A DNA stretch of 57,475 nt, taken from assembly GCA_964467735.1 (NCBI GenBank), contig CAYXSR010000006.1, positions 1 to 57,475 on the forward strand. The letters run 5' to 3'. The DNA is from an uncultured Pseudomonadales bacterium. GTDB lineage: Bacteria > Patescibacteriota > Microgenomatia > UBA1400 > CAYXSR01. The first letter of the stretch is position 1; each line of letters starts with the position of its first letter. The notes beneath the pieces are model-generated. The model ran no database searches and was not told the DNA's origin. It saw only the letters and a list, made by a program, of their open reading frames with translations. Below, one piece after another: positions 17,666 to 26,761 of the stretch. A program made the translations under genes and the position numbers.

Positions 17666-18325
17666 CTAAGATCTTCTTCTTTTCGTTCTGATTGAAGCTT
17701 GCTTTTTTTGCCATTTTTCTATTTTTTTATGGTCACCTGAAAGCAAAACTTTAGGAACAGACCAACCATGAAAAGTTTCTGGTCTAGTGTATTGGGGATA
17801 TTCTAGTAATCCTAGTTTTGAAAACGACTCTTTTTCAGTAGCTTCTTCTTTTTCTAAAACTCTCGGAATTAACCTAACAATACTATCAATAATAACCATT
17901 GTTGGCAATTCTCCCCCAGTTAAAATATAATCACCAATACTAATTTCCTCATCAATTAAATGTTTTCTTATTCTTTCATCAAAACCCTCATAATGACCAC
18001 TGATAAAAATTAAATGACTCTCTTTAGATAGTTTTTTAGCCTTTTTTTGACTAAAAACTTTTCCCTGGGGGGTAAGCAATATTACTTTTGTTTTGTTATG
18101 TTTTAATTCCTTGATGGCTTTATAGATTGGTTCGATCATTAGAAGCATTCCTGTGCCTCCACCATATGGTTTGTCGTCAACAGTTTTGTGTTTATCTTTA
18201 GTCCAATTTCTGAGGTTATAAATATTAATATTGATGAGTTTTTTGTTAATAGCTCTTTTAATGATTGATTCCTCAAAAGGACCATTAAACATATTTGGGA
18301 ATAAAGTCAGGATATCAATTTTCAT
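17666..18325 (-). CDS. trmD: tRNA (guanine-N1)-methyltransferase
   Basis: IDILTLFP, VDDKPYGGG.GM, GHYEGFDER, SIGDYILTGGE, LEYPQYTRP. Confidence 0.97.
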   Translation of the reverse strand: MKIDILTLFPNMFNGPFEESIIKRAINKKLININIYNLRNWTKDKHKTVDDKPYGGGTGMLLMIEPIYKAIKELKHNKTKVILLTPQGKVFSQKKAKKLSKESHLIFISGHYEGFDERIRKHLIDEEISIGDYILTGGELPTMVIIDSIVRLIPRVLEKEEATEKESFSKLGLLEYPQYTRPETFHGWSVPKVLLSGDHKKIEKWQKKQASIRTKRRRS

Positions 18326-18442
18326 GATGTCTATATTCTAACAGATCGCACAAATCTATACTTAGAAGAACAGAAATGAGACATCATTTTGTCATTTTTC
18401 TTGAACTTCAATTTTTCTCCCTTTCTTGTTATACTTTATTCT
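18326..18442. promoter_or_regulatory. Divergent extended -10 promoters for trmD and ugd
   Basis: Minus: TGt-TAGAAT 9 nt before the trmD ATG. Plus: TGt-TATACT (hexamer 18430-18435) 7 nt before ATG 18443. Confidence 0.55.
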
Positions 18443-19738
18443 ATGAATATCACTATTGTGGGTACTGGTTATGTTGGTTTAGTAACAGCAGCGCTTTTTG
18501 CTTCTTTTAAAAATAAAGTTTGGGCTTTAGATATTAATGAAAAACAGATAGAAAGCCTTAAGAAAGGTAAGGTTCCTTTTTATGAAACGGGATTAAAGAA
18601 ATTAGTTTTAAAAGGGATCAAGCAAAGAAACCTTCATTTTACTACTTCTTATGAAGAAGCAATGATCGATACAGAAGTAATTTTTATTTGTGTTGGTACT
18701 CCTCCAAAAGAAGACGGAGATTATGATTTGTCTTATGTTTATAAAGCTTCAGAATCAATTGCTAAGCATTTAAAGAATTACACGGTGATAGTTATTAAAA
18801 GTACTGTTCCACCAGGCACAAATGATGAAGTAAGAAAACTTATAGAAGAGAAAACAAAGATGGATTTTGATTTAGCATCTTGTCCAGAGTTTTTGAGAGA
18901 GGGAAGTGCGGTTGAAGATTCTTTTCATCCTTCAAGAGTAGTAATTGGGGCAGAAACTCGGAAAGCTATTAAAAAACTCTTAAAACTTCATAAACAAATT
19001 CCAGGACCAAGAGTTATTTGTGATATGAAAAGCGCTCAGCTTATAAAATATGCAGCAAATGCTTTTCTAGCAACTAAAATTTCTTATATTAATTCAATTG
19101 CCCAAATATGTGACAAAATAGGAGCAGATATAAAGAATGTTAGTCGAGGTTTAGGTCTTGATCCGCGAATTGGAGATAAATTTTTAGAAGCCGGTTTAGG
19201 ATATGGGGGGAGTTGTTTCCCCAAGGATACTTGGGCTTTAATTAGTTTTGCTAAAAGACTTGGTTATAATTTTGATTTTCTAAAACAGGTAGATAAAGTT
19301 AATAAAGATCAAATTAATTACTTTATAAATAAAGTTGTAAGACTTTGTAATGGAAGTGTTAAAGATAAAAAAATATCCATATTAGGTTTATCTTTCAAGC
19401 CAAATACTGATGATATGAGAGAGGCGCGATCAGTTTTGATAATCGATAAATTACAAAAAATGGGGGCAAAAATTTTTGCTTATGATCCAGTGGCAATCAA
19501 TAAAGCCAGAGGAATTTTGAAAAACGTTAAGTATGGTAAAAACGTATATCATATTTTAGAAAAAAGCGAAGCATTATTATTGATTACTGAATGGAAAGAA
19601 TTTGAAGACCTTAATTTTAGAAAAATTAGAAAATTAATGAAAAAACCTGTGGTTGTTGATGGAAGGAATATTTACGATCCAGATAAGTTAAAAAAACTGG
19701 GTTTTGAATATGAAGGGATAGGGAGAAAAAAGTTATGA
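18443..19738 (+). CDS. ugd: UDP-glucose 6-dehydrogenase
   Basis: GTGYVGL, ICVGTP, KSTVPPG, PEFLREG, KYAANAFLA, GYGGSCFPKD, FKPNTDD.RE; start moved to ATG 18443. Confidence 0.95.
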   Translation: MNITIVGTGYVGLVTAALFASFKNKVWALDINEKQIESLKKGKVPFYETGLKKLVLKGIKQRNLHFTTSYEEAMIDTEVIFICVGTPPKEDGDYDLSYVYKASESIAKHLKNYTVIVIKSTVPPGTNDEVRKLIEEKTKMDFDLASCPEFLREGSAVEDSFHPSRVVIGAETRKAIKKLLKLHKQIPGPRVICDMKSAQLIKYAANAFLATKISYINSIAQICDKIGADIKNVSRGLGLDPRIGDKFLEAGLGYGGSCFPKDTWALISFAKRLGYNFDFLKQVDKVNKDQINYFINKVVRLCNGSVKDKKISILGLSFKPNTDDMREARSVLIIDKLQKMGAKIFAYDPVAINKARGILKNVKYGKNVYHILEKSEALLLITEWKEFEDLNFRKIRKLMKKPVVVDGRNIYDPDKLKKLGFEYEGIGRKKL

Positions 19739-20697
19739 AGGTAGCTTTTATTACCGGTATTACCGGCCAAGACGGCTCTTACTTAGCAGAATTTTTGTTA
19801 AAAAAAGGCTATAAAGTAATTGGTTTAGTTAGCTCAGCTTTCAGTGTTGGTAACCAAAATATTGATGGAATAAAAGATCAATTAATTCTAGAACAAGGAG
19901 ATCTTTTAGATAAAGATTCTTTAAAAAGAATTATCGAAAAATATAAGCCTACTGAAATTTATAATTTGGCTGGTTTAACTTTTCCTCCAACTTCTTGGAA
20001 AAAACCAAGCCTAGTAATGGATATCAATACTTTAGGACTAACAAGGATTCTAGAAATAGTTAAAGAGAAACTTCCTTCTACAAAACTCTATCAGGCTTCT
20101 TCGTCTAAAATATTTGGAAACCCTAAAATTTACCCTCAAAATGAAAAAACAGAGATTGTTCCAACTGATCCTTATGCTGTTTCCAAAGCGGCTAGTCATT
20201 TCCTTATTCAAATATATCGTAAAAGATTTAATTTATTTTTGGTAAGTGGAATTTTATTTAACCATGAATCTCCCCGTCGAGGAGAAGAATTTGTTACGAG
20301 GAAGATTACTTTAGCAGCTACAAAAATAAAACTTGAATTGGAAGATAAACTTATTTTAGGTAATTTGGACGCTCAACAAGATTGGGGTTATGCCCCTGAC
20401 TATGTTGAAGCGATGTGGCTTATGCTTCAACAAAGTAAGCCAGAAGATTTTGTAATTGCTACTGGGAAATTGCATTCAGTAAAAGATGTTTGCGAAATAG
20501 CTTTTTCTTATTTAGGAATGGAATGGAAAAAATACGTTAAAGTAGATAAGAAATTATTTAGAAAAGAAGAAAAAAGACCTTTAATAGGTGATTTTAGCTT
20601 AGCAGAAAGAATTTTGGGCTGGAAACCAAAAACATCGTTTAAAGAGATGATTGAAAAAATGGTACAATCAGATGTGGAAAATTTAAAAAGGAGATAA
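19735..20697 (+). CDS. GDP-mannose 4,6-dehydratase paralog with altered active site
   Basis: [11 protein letters not shown] and NHESPRRG retained, but QASSSK replaces QASSSE and LAGLTF replaces LGAQSF. Confidence 0.75.
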   Translation: MKVAFITGITGQDGSYLAEFLLKKGYKVIGLVSSAFSVGNQNIDGIKDQLILEQGDLLDKDSLKRIIEKYKPTEIYNLAGLTFPPTSWKKPSLVMDINTLGLTRILEIVKEKLPSTKLYQASSSKIFGNPKIYPQNEKTEIVPTDPYAVSKAASHFLIQIYRKRFNLFLVSGILFNHESPRRGEEFVTRKITLAATKIKLELEDKLILGNLDAQQDWGYAPDYVEAMWLMLQQSKPEDFVIATGKLHSVKDVCEIAFSYLGMEWKKYVKVDKKLFRKEEKRPLIGDFSLAERILGWKPKTSFKEMIEKMVQSDVENLKRR

Positions 20698-21418
20698 CAA
20701 TGAAAACTGCATTAATTACCGGTATTACCGGCCAAGACGGCTCTTACTTAGCAGAATTTTTGTTAAAAAAAGGCTATAAAGTTTATGGAATTACTAGGAG
20801 AACAAGTATTCCTAATTATTCTAGAATTGCCGACATATTAAACAAAGTTAAACTTATTTCAGCTGATTTGACTGACCAAAATTCTTTGACTTATGCAATT
20901 AAAGAGAGTCAGCCAGACGAAGTTTATAACCTCGGAGCTCAAAGCTTTGTTCATACCTCTTTTGTTCAACCGGTTTTGACAGGTGAAGTAACGGCCTTAG
21001 GGGTAGCAAAAATATTAGAAGCAATTAGATTGATAAAGCCCAATATTAGATTCTATCAGGCATCTTCATCAGAAATGTTTGGTAAAGTTAAACAAACTCC
21101 TCAAAATGAGGAAACCCCTTTTCATCCTCGTAGCCCATATGGTGTTGCTAAGCTCTATGGTCATTGGATTACTATAAATTATAGAGAGTCTTACAATATG
21201 TTTACTGTTTCTGGAATTTTATTTAACCATGAATCTCCCCGTCGAGGAGAAGAATTTGTTACTAGGAAAATTTCTCGAGCGGTTGGTAGGATAAAACTAG
21301 GAAAGCAAAAGAAACTATTTTTAGGTAATTTAGATTCAAAAAGAGATTGGGGTTATGCCCCTGACTATGTTGAAGCAATGTGGCTTATGCTTCAAAAAAG
21401 TAAACCAGAAGATTTTGT
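19750..21418 (+). repeat. Three near-identical DNA patches shared by the gmd paralogs at 965-bp offset
   Basis: 19750-19817 = 20715-20782 (68 bp exact); 20247-20297 = 21212-21262 (51 bp exact); 20379-20453 vs 21344-21418 (75 bp, 3 mismatches). Confidence 0.9.
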
Positions 21419-21662
21419 GGTTGGAACCGGAAAAACACACTCTGTTTTTGAGTTTTGTAAAAAAGCTTTTAGTGAAGTTGGTTTAAATTGGAAAGATTAT
21501 GTTGAGACTAAAGAAGAATTAAAGCGTCCGGCAGAAGTGGATTTACTAAGAGCTGATTATTCTAAAGCAAAAAAAGTCTTAAAATGGCAACCAAAAGTTG
21601 ACTTTAATAAATTAGTAAAAATTATGGTAGAGGCGGATTTAAAAGCGGAAAGGAAAAGTTAA
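20700..21662 (+). CDS. gmd: GDP-mannose 4,6-dehydratase
   Basis: [54 protein letters not shown]. Confidence 0.93.
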   Translation: MKTALITGITGQDGSYLAEFLLKKGYKVYGITRRTSIPNYSRIADILNKVKLISADLTDQNSLTYAIKESQPDEVYNLGAQSFVHTSFVQPVLTGEVTALGVAKILEAIRLIKPNIRFYQASSSEMFGKVKQTPQNEETPFHPRSPYGVAKLYGHWITINYRESYNMFTVSGILFNHESPRRGEEFVTRKISRAVGRIKLGKQKKLFLGNLDSKRDWGYAPDYVEAMWLMLQKSKPEDFVVGTGKTHSVFEFCKKAFSEVGLNWKDYVETKEELKRPAEVDLLRADYSKAKKVLKWQPKVDFNKLVKIMVEADLKAERKS

Positions 21663-22621
21663 TGAGAATATTAATTACTGGTGGGGCAGGATTTATTGGT
21701 TCTCATTTATGTGAAAGACTTTTAAACGAAAAGCATTCTGTTTATTGTTTTGACAATCTATGTACTGGTCGTGAAGAAAATATAAAATCTTTATTTGATA
21801 ATAAAAATTTTGTTTTTAAAAACCTCAATGTAATCAACCCTATTCCCAAACATTTAATTCCCAAGAAACTAGATTTTATTTTACATTTTGCAAGTCCCGC
21901 CGGACCTCATCCGAAGAGTCCAAAAAGCTATCTTAAAATGCCGATTAGTACCTATTTAGTAAATTCGATAGGGACTCATAATTTATGTGAACTGGCTTTA
22001 GATACTAAAGCTAAACTAATTTTTTCTTCAACTTCAGAAATATATGGTGACCCTTTAGAGCATCCTCAGAAGGAGATTTATTTTGGTAATGTAAATCCGA
22101 TTGGAGAGAGAGCTTGTTACGACGAATCAAAGCGTTTTGGGGAGATGGTAATTAGTGTTTTTAATAGGAAATATCACCTGCCAGCAACAATTTTAAGAAT
22201 TTTTAATACTTATGGACCAAGGATGAATCCTTTGGATGGTAGAGCATTACCTCTTTTTATCAGTCAGGCTTTAAAAGGAAAAGATCTTGAGATTTTTGGT
22301 GATGGGAAACAAACCAGAAGTTTTTGTTATATAGATGATTTAATGGAGGGAATTATTCAATCAATGAAAGTTACTGACAAGACGCTTAAGGTTTTTAACT
22401 TAGGTAGTCAAGAGGAAATAACCATTAATAAACTGGCGGATTTAATAATAAAGTTAACAGATTCAAAAGTAAGTAAAAAATATAATAGAAGATTAGAGAA
22501 TGATCCTGAAAGAAGAAAACCAGATATCTCTTATGCGAAAAAAGTCTTAAAATGGCAACCTAAAATAAATTTTTTACAAGGACTTGAAAAAACAATAAAA
22601 GCTTTCAAAAAGTTTAATTAA
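21662..22621 (+). CDS. UDP-glucuronate decarboxylase (UDP-xylose synthase) family
   Basis: TGGAGFIGSHL, HFASPA, STSEIYGDP..HPQ.E.Y.GNVNPIG.RACYDESKR, RIFNTYGPRM, QTRSFCY. Confidence 0.88.
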   Translation: MRILITGGAGFIGSHLCERLLNEKHSVYCFDNLCTGREENIKSLFDNKNFVFKNLNVINPIPKHLIPKKLDFILHFASPAGPHPKSPKSYLKMPISTYLVNSIGTHNLCELALDTKAKLIFSSTSEIYGDPLEHPQKEIYFGNVNPIGERACYDESKRFGEMVISVFNRKYHLPATILRIFNTYGPRMNPLDGRALPLFISQALKGKDLEIFGDGKQTRSFCYIDDLMEGIIQSMKVTDKTLKVFNLGSQEEITINKLADLIIKLTDSKVSKKYNRRLENDPERRKPDISYAKKVLKWQPKINFLQGLEKTIKAFKKFN

Positions 22622-22649
22622 TTTTTTACATCCATAAAGGAGTATTTAA

Positions 22650-23789
22650 ATGAAAATTGTTATTATCATTCCCACCTATAATGAAAAAGAAAATATCCAA
22701 AAGATGATTAATTATTTAGAAAAAGACATTTTTCCTAAGGTTAAAAAACATAAATTGGCTTTATTAGTTGTGGACGATAGTTCTCCAGATGGGACAGCAA
22801 AAGTGGTGAAGGGAGCAATGAAAAAATATAAAAATATTCATCTTTTAGGTGGTAAAAAAGAGGGTTTAGGGGTGGCTTATGTCAGAGGAATGAAATATGC
22901 AATGAAGAAACTGAGTGCTGATTGGGTAGTAGAAATGGATGCTGATTTTCAACATAATCCAGATGATTTGCTGCCCATGATAAAAGCAATAGACAAAGGA
23001 TATGATTATATTATTGGTTCTCGTTATGTTACTGGTGGCTCAATTCCAAAACAATGGGCGTTATATCGTAAATTTCTTTCAGTTTTTGGTAGTTTATTTG
23101 CTCGGATAGTTTTATGGATTCCAGGAATCAACGATATTACTAGTGGCTTTAAATTAACTAAAGTTAAGGGGTTTTTAGATAGTATAAATCTTGATGAAGT
23201 AACGGCTTATGACTATTCCAAGCGATATGCCTATAAAGTTAGGATTCTTTATGAAATTGTTAAACGAGGAGCAAAAGTAAAAGAAGTCCCAATAAAATTT
23301 CAGCCAAGAGAAGAAGGGATTTCCAAGATGCCAAAAAATAATTTTAAAGATACTTTAAGATTGGTTTTGACTTTAAGATGGAGAGACTCTCAAAGATTGA
23401 TAAAAGTTATTATTGTAGGGGGTATTGGAGCAATTATTCAGTTTTCTATTTTTAACTTATTACGCCTTTCTCTTAAACCAGAATTTGCCAATACCATTGC
23501 TGTTGAAATAGCAATTATTTCTAACTTTGTTATAAATAATATGTGGACTTTTAAAGACAGGAAAATAAAAGCAGAACAAGGAATAGGGAAGTTAATAGCT
23601 AAGTTCGGTCAATTCAATTTAGTATCTTTGGGTTCTATTTTAATTCAATTTATAGTCGTAAGAACAGGAGTTACTTTTTTTGGACGCTCCTTTATTATAG
23701 AAAATTTATTAGTAGCAGTAGGTATTTTAATTGGTTTAATTTGGAACTATTTTATGTATGTCAATTTTGTTTGGAAACTTAAGAAATAA
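22650..23789 (+). CDS. GT2 polyprenol-phosphate sugar synthase (Ppm1/DPM1-like) fused to a GtrA-family flippase domain
   Basis: IPTYNE, DDSSPDGT, GLG.AY..G, EMDADFQH, GSRY; C-terminal 4-TM GtrA pattern (VGGIG...NFVINNMWTF...FGQFN...WNY). Confidence 0.88.
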   Translation: MKIVIIIPTYNEKENIQKMINYLEKDIFPKVKKHKLALLVVDDSSPDGTAKVVKGAMKKYKNIHLLGGKKEGLGVAYVRGMKYAMKKLSADWVVEMDADFQHNPDDLLPMIKAIDKGYDYIIGSRYVTGGSIPKQWALYRKFLSVFGSLFARIVLWIPGINDITSGFKLTKVKGFLDSINLDEVTAYDYSKRYAYKVRILYEIVKRGAKVKEVPIKFQPREEGISKMPKNNFKDTLRLVLTLRWRDSQRLIKVIIVGGIGAIIQFSIFNLLRLSLKPEFANTIAVEIAIISNFVINNMWTFKDRKIKAEQGIGKLIAKFGQFNLVSLGSILIQFIVVRTGVTFFGRSFIIENLLVAVGILIGLIWNYFMYVNFVWKLKK

Positions 23790-23792
23790 GAA

Positions 23793-25994
23793 ATGAAACT
23801 TAATCAACTTTCTGTATTTCTTCCAGCCTATAACGAAGAGAAAAGTATTAAAAGAGTGGTATTTAGTGTTCTGGCTAAAATTAAATCAGTGGCCAAACAA
23901 TATGAAATAATTATTGTTAATGATGGTTCATCCGACAAAACCAAACAGATCATAGAAAAGTTAACCAAGAAATATTCATCGGTTAGATTAGTTAATCATT
24001 CGAAAAATAAAGGCTATGGAGCAGCTTTGAAGACTGGCATGGAGGTTGCTAAATATGAGTGGATTTGTTTTATGGATTCAGATGGTCAATTTGACTTTAA
24101 TGAATTTAATAAATTTTTGAAATATACAACCAAGGCAGATTTAATTATTGGTTATCGTAAAAAAAGAAAAGATAGTTTTTTTAGAAAGCTTTTAGCTAAG
24201 TGTCTTTGGTTAGCAGACCTAATTTTATTTGGTGTTAATTTTAAAGATATTGATTGCGGTTTTAAATTGTTTAGCAAAACAGCTTTAGAAAAAATAGGAC
24301 CTTTATTAACAGAGAGTGCTATTACAGAAAGCGAATTTGTTGTTCGAGCCAAAAAAGCGGATTTAAAAATTATCCAGGTTCCAGTAACCCATTATGTTAG
24401 AGATAAAGGGGTTCAAACCGGAGCCAAGCTAAAAGTAGTTAGCAAAGCAGCCATTGAGGGGGTTATGCTCTGGTTTGATTTTTTTAAACATAATTTATAC
24501 AAAAAAGAATTTTGGCTACTTTTTTTGATATTGCTTTTGGGAGCCTTCTTAAGATTTTATAAAATTTCTGACTATATGACTTTTTTAGGTGATGAAGGAA
24601 GAGATATATTAGTGGTTAAGAGAATAATTATTGATCATAAATTTACTCTTTTAGGGCCAACGGCATCAGTTGGTGGATTTTTCCTAGGTCCAATTTATTA
24701 CTACTTTATGGTTCCTTTTATCTTTATTTTTAATTTGAATCCAGTCGGTGGAGCAGTAATGGTGGCTCTTTTTGGATTGGCGACAATTTTTCTAATTTAT
24801 AAGTTTTGCCAAGAATTTTTGAATAATAAAATTGGTCTTTTAGCGGCTTTTATTTATTCAATTTCTACACTAATCATTATCTATTCACGCTCTTCATGGA
24901 ATCCAAATATTTTACCTCTCTTTTCCTTAGTTTTAGTTTATTCATTAGCGAAAGCAGTTTTACAAAATAGAAAATCTTATTTTTGGATAATCGGTTTATC
25001 TTTAGGAATCATTTTACAGCTTCATTATATGGGAGTTTTGTTAATTCCAGTAATTTTGATTAATTATTTATTTTTATCCAAGAAAAAACGATTTCTTAAA
25101 GATTTTTTACAAGTTTTTATTGGTTTTTTAATCACATTTTCTCCACTTTTATTATTTGAATTACGTCATAATTTTCCTAACACAAAATCTTTGATTGATT
25201 TTATTTTTAAAGGAAAAGAAGTCGGTTTATTGATTGCTCATGAACAAACTAGAGAAATAATTCATAATTACTTTTTAGCGTTAATTAATCAATTATTTCG
25301 GCAAACTTTAGTTTTTAATAATATTGTTTTAGGAAAGATTATTTTGTTTATTAGTTTTTTGGGTTTTTTAATAGAACTTGTTAAGCCTAAAATTACCAAA
25401 AGAAGAACATTAATTTTTTTATTATCTATTTTAGGAAGTTTGGTTTTCATTAAACTGTATAAGAAAGCTGTTTATGATTATTATTTTGCCTATCTTTTCC
25501 CCTATCCGGTGATATTTTTTTCTTTAGCATTAACAAGAATTATCGATAAGAGAAAAGTATTATTGATTATGGGGATGATATTGCTTATGTTTATCATTAA
25601 AACCGATTATAAAACCAATATTTTACATAAATCTCCCAACAAGCAAATGGAACAAACTAAAAAAATTGCGGAAATGATAATTGAGAAGACAGAAGGAAAG
25701 CCATTTAATTTTGCCTTAATTACTCAAGGCAATTCTGATCATGGATATCGTTATTTTTTAGAAATAGCCGGTTATAAACCGACACCCCTAGAAGAAGAAA
25801 TAACAGAGCAATTATTAGTTGTTTGCGAACAAAGTGAATGTCGACCGCTAGGTCATCCTCTTTGGGAGGTGGCTGGTTTTGGAAGAGCAGAAATTGTCGG
25901 AAGTTGGCCGGCACCAGCTGGTTTTACTGTTTTTCGTTTAATTCATCACGAAGAATCAGTCGATTTTATTGGTAAACCAGCACCAAAAGGATAA
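23793..25994 (+). CDS. Fusion of GT2 (polyprenol-P-sugar synthase) and GT-C (PMT_2/ArnT-like) glycosyltransferase
   Basis: N-terminal PAYNE, NDGSSD, NKGYG, DSDGQF, DIDCGFK; then LRFY...FLGDEGRD...LLGP...FLGPIYYY...SRSSWNP in one reading frame. Confidence 0.85.
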   Translation: MKLNQLSVFLPAYNEEKSIKRVVFSVLAKIKSVAKQYEIIIVNDGSSDKTKQIIEKLTKKYSSVRLVNHSKNKGYGAALKTGMEVAKYEWICFMDSDGQFDFNEFNKFLKYTTKADLIIGYRKKRKDSFFRKLLAKCLWLADLILFGVNFKDIDCGFKLFSKTALEKIGPLLTESAITESEFVVRAKKADLKIIQVPVTHYVRDKGVQTGAKLKVVSKAAIEGVMLWFDFFKHNLYKKEFWLLFLILLLGAFLRFYKISDYMTFLGDEGRDILVVKRIIIDHKFTLLGPTASVGGFFLGPIYYYFMVPFIFIFNLNPVGGAVMVALFGLATIFLIYKFCQEFLNNKIGLLAAFIYSISTLIIIYSRSSWNPNILPLFSLVLVYSLAKAVLQNRKSYFWIIGLSLGIILQLHYMGVLLIPVILINYLFLSKKKRFLKDFLQVFIGFLITFSPLLLFELRHNFPNTKSLIDFIFKGKEVGLLIAHEQTREIIHNYFLALINQLFRQTLVFNNIVLGKIILFISFLGFLIELVKPKITKRRTLIFLLSILGSLVFIKLYKKAVYDYYFAYLFPYPVIFFSLALTRIIDKRKVLLIMGMILLMFIIKTDYKTNILHKSPNKQMEQTKKIAEMIIEKTEGKPFNFALITQGNSDHGYRYFLEIAGYKPTPLEEEITEQLLVVCEQSECRPLGHPLWEVAGFGRAEIVGSWPAPAGFTVFRLIHHEESVDFIGKPAPKG

Positions 25995-25999
25995 CAAAA

Positions 26000-26761
26000 A
26001 TGAAGTTTTTATCAGTAATAATTCCAGCATTTAATGAGAGAAGAAACTTTGAAAGAGGGGTTTTGTCCCAGGTAGATAATTACTTTAAAGATAAACGATA
26101 TTCTGTGGAAATAATTGTAATCAATGATGGTTCGACCGATGATACGAGAAAATTGACAGAGAATTTTATTAGAAATAAAAAAAGCTGGAGATTGCTTAAC
26201 ATTGAACATAAAGGGAAATATCAGGCTGTGAAAGAAGGAATTAAAGAAGCCCAGGGAGAGCTAATTCTTTTTACCGACTTTGATCAGTCAACGCCTATTT
26301 CTGAGGTGGAAAAATTAATACCAGAAGCAGAAATGAATTTTGATATTTTAATTGGATCAAGAGAAATTATAGGAGCAAAACGGGAAAAAGAACCATTCTA
26401 CCGACATCTAATGGGCAGAGGTTTTAATTTATTGGTGAGGCTTATTGTTGGACTGCCATTTAAGGATACTCAATGTGGCTTCAAACTTTTTAGAAGAGAA
26501 ACAATACAAAAAATTATTAAGAAAGTGATTGTAGCAGAAAAAAGAAAAACAGTTGATGCCTATACTGGTGCATTTGATGTAGAAATTTTATATTTAGCAA
26601 ACAAAATGGGATATAAAGTAAAAGAGATAGCAGTATCCTGGCGGCATTTTAAAACAGAAAGAGTTAGTCCTATTAAAGACTCATTGAGAATGTTTTTAGA
26701 TATTCTTCGAATAAAAATTAATAATCTTTTAGGTTCTTATGATAAACACAAAACTTATTAG
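26000..26761 (+). CDS. GT2, dolichyl-phosphate beta-glucosyltransferase-like
   Basis: IPAFNE, NDGSTD, GK..AV, FTDFDQSTP, IGSR, DTQCGFKLF, FDVEIL. Confidence 0.88.
   Translation: MKFLSVIIPAFNERRNFERGVLSQVDNYFKDKRYSVEIIVINDGSTDDTRKLTENFIRNKKSWRLLNIEHKGKYQAVKEGIKEAQGELILFTDFDQSTPISEVEKLIPEAEMNFDILIGSREIIGAKREKEPFYRHLMGRGFNLLVRLIVGLPFKDTQCGFKLFRRETIQKIIKKVIVAEKRKTVDAYTGAFDVEILYLANKMGYKVKEIAVSWRHFKTERVSPIKDSLRMFLDILRIKINNLLGSYDKHKTY

Noticed and set aside
7920-18442. ORF-track starts at 7920, 9654, 11847, 15089 and 18389
   Set aside because: Downstream ATGs (7938, 9678, 11892, 15182, 18443) fit family N-termini, SD or promoter positions better
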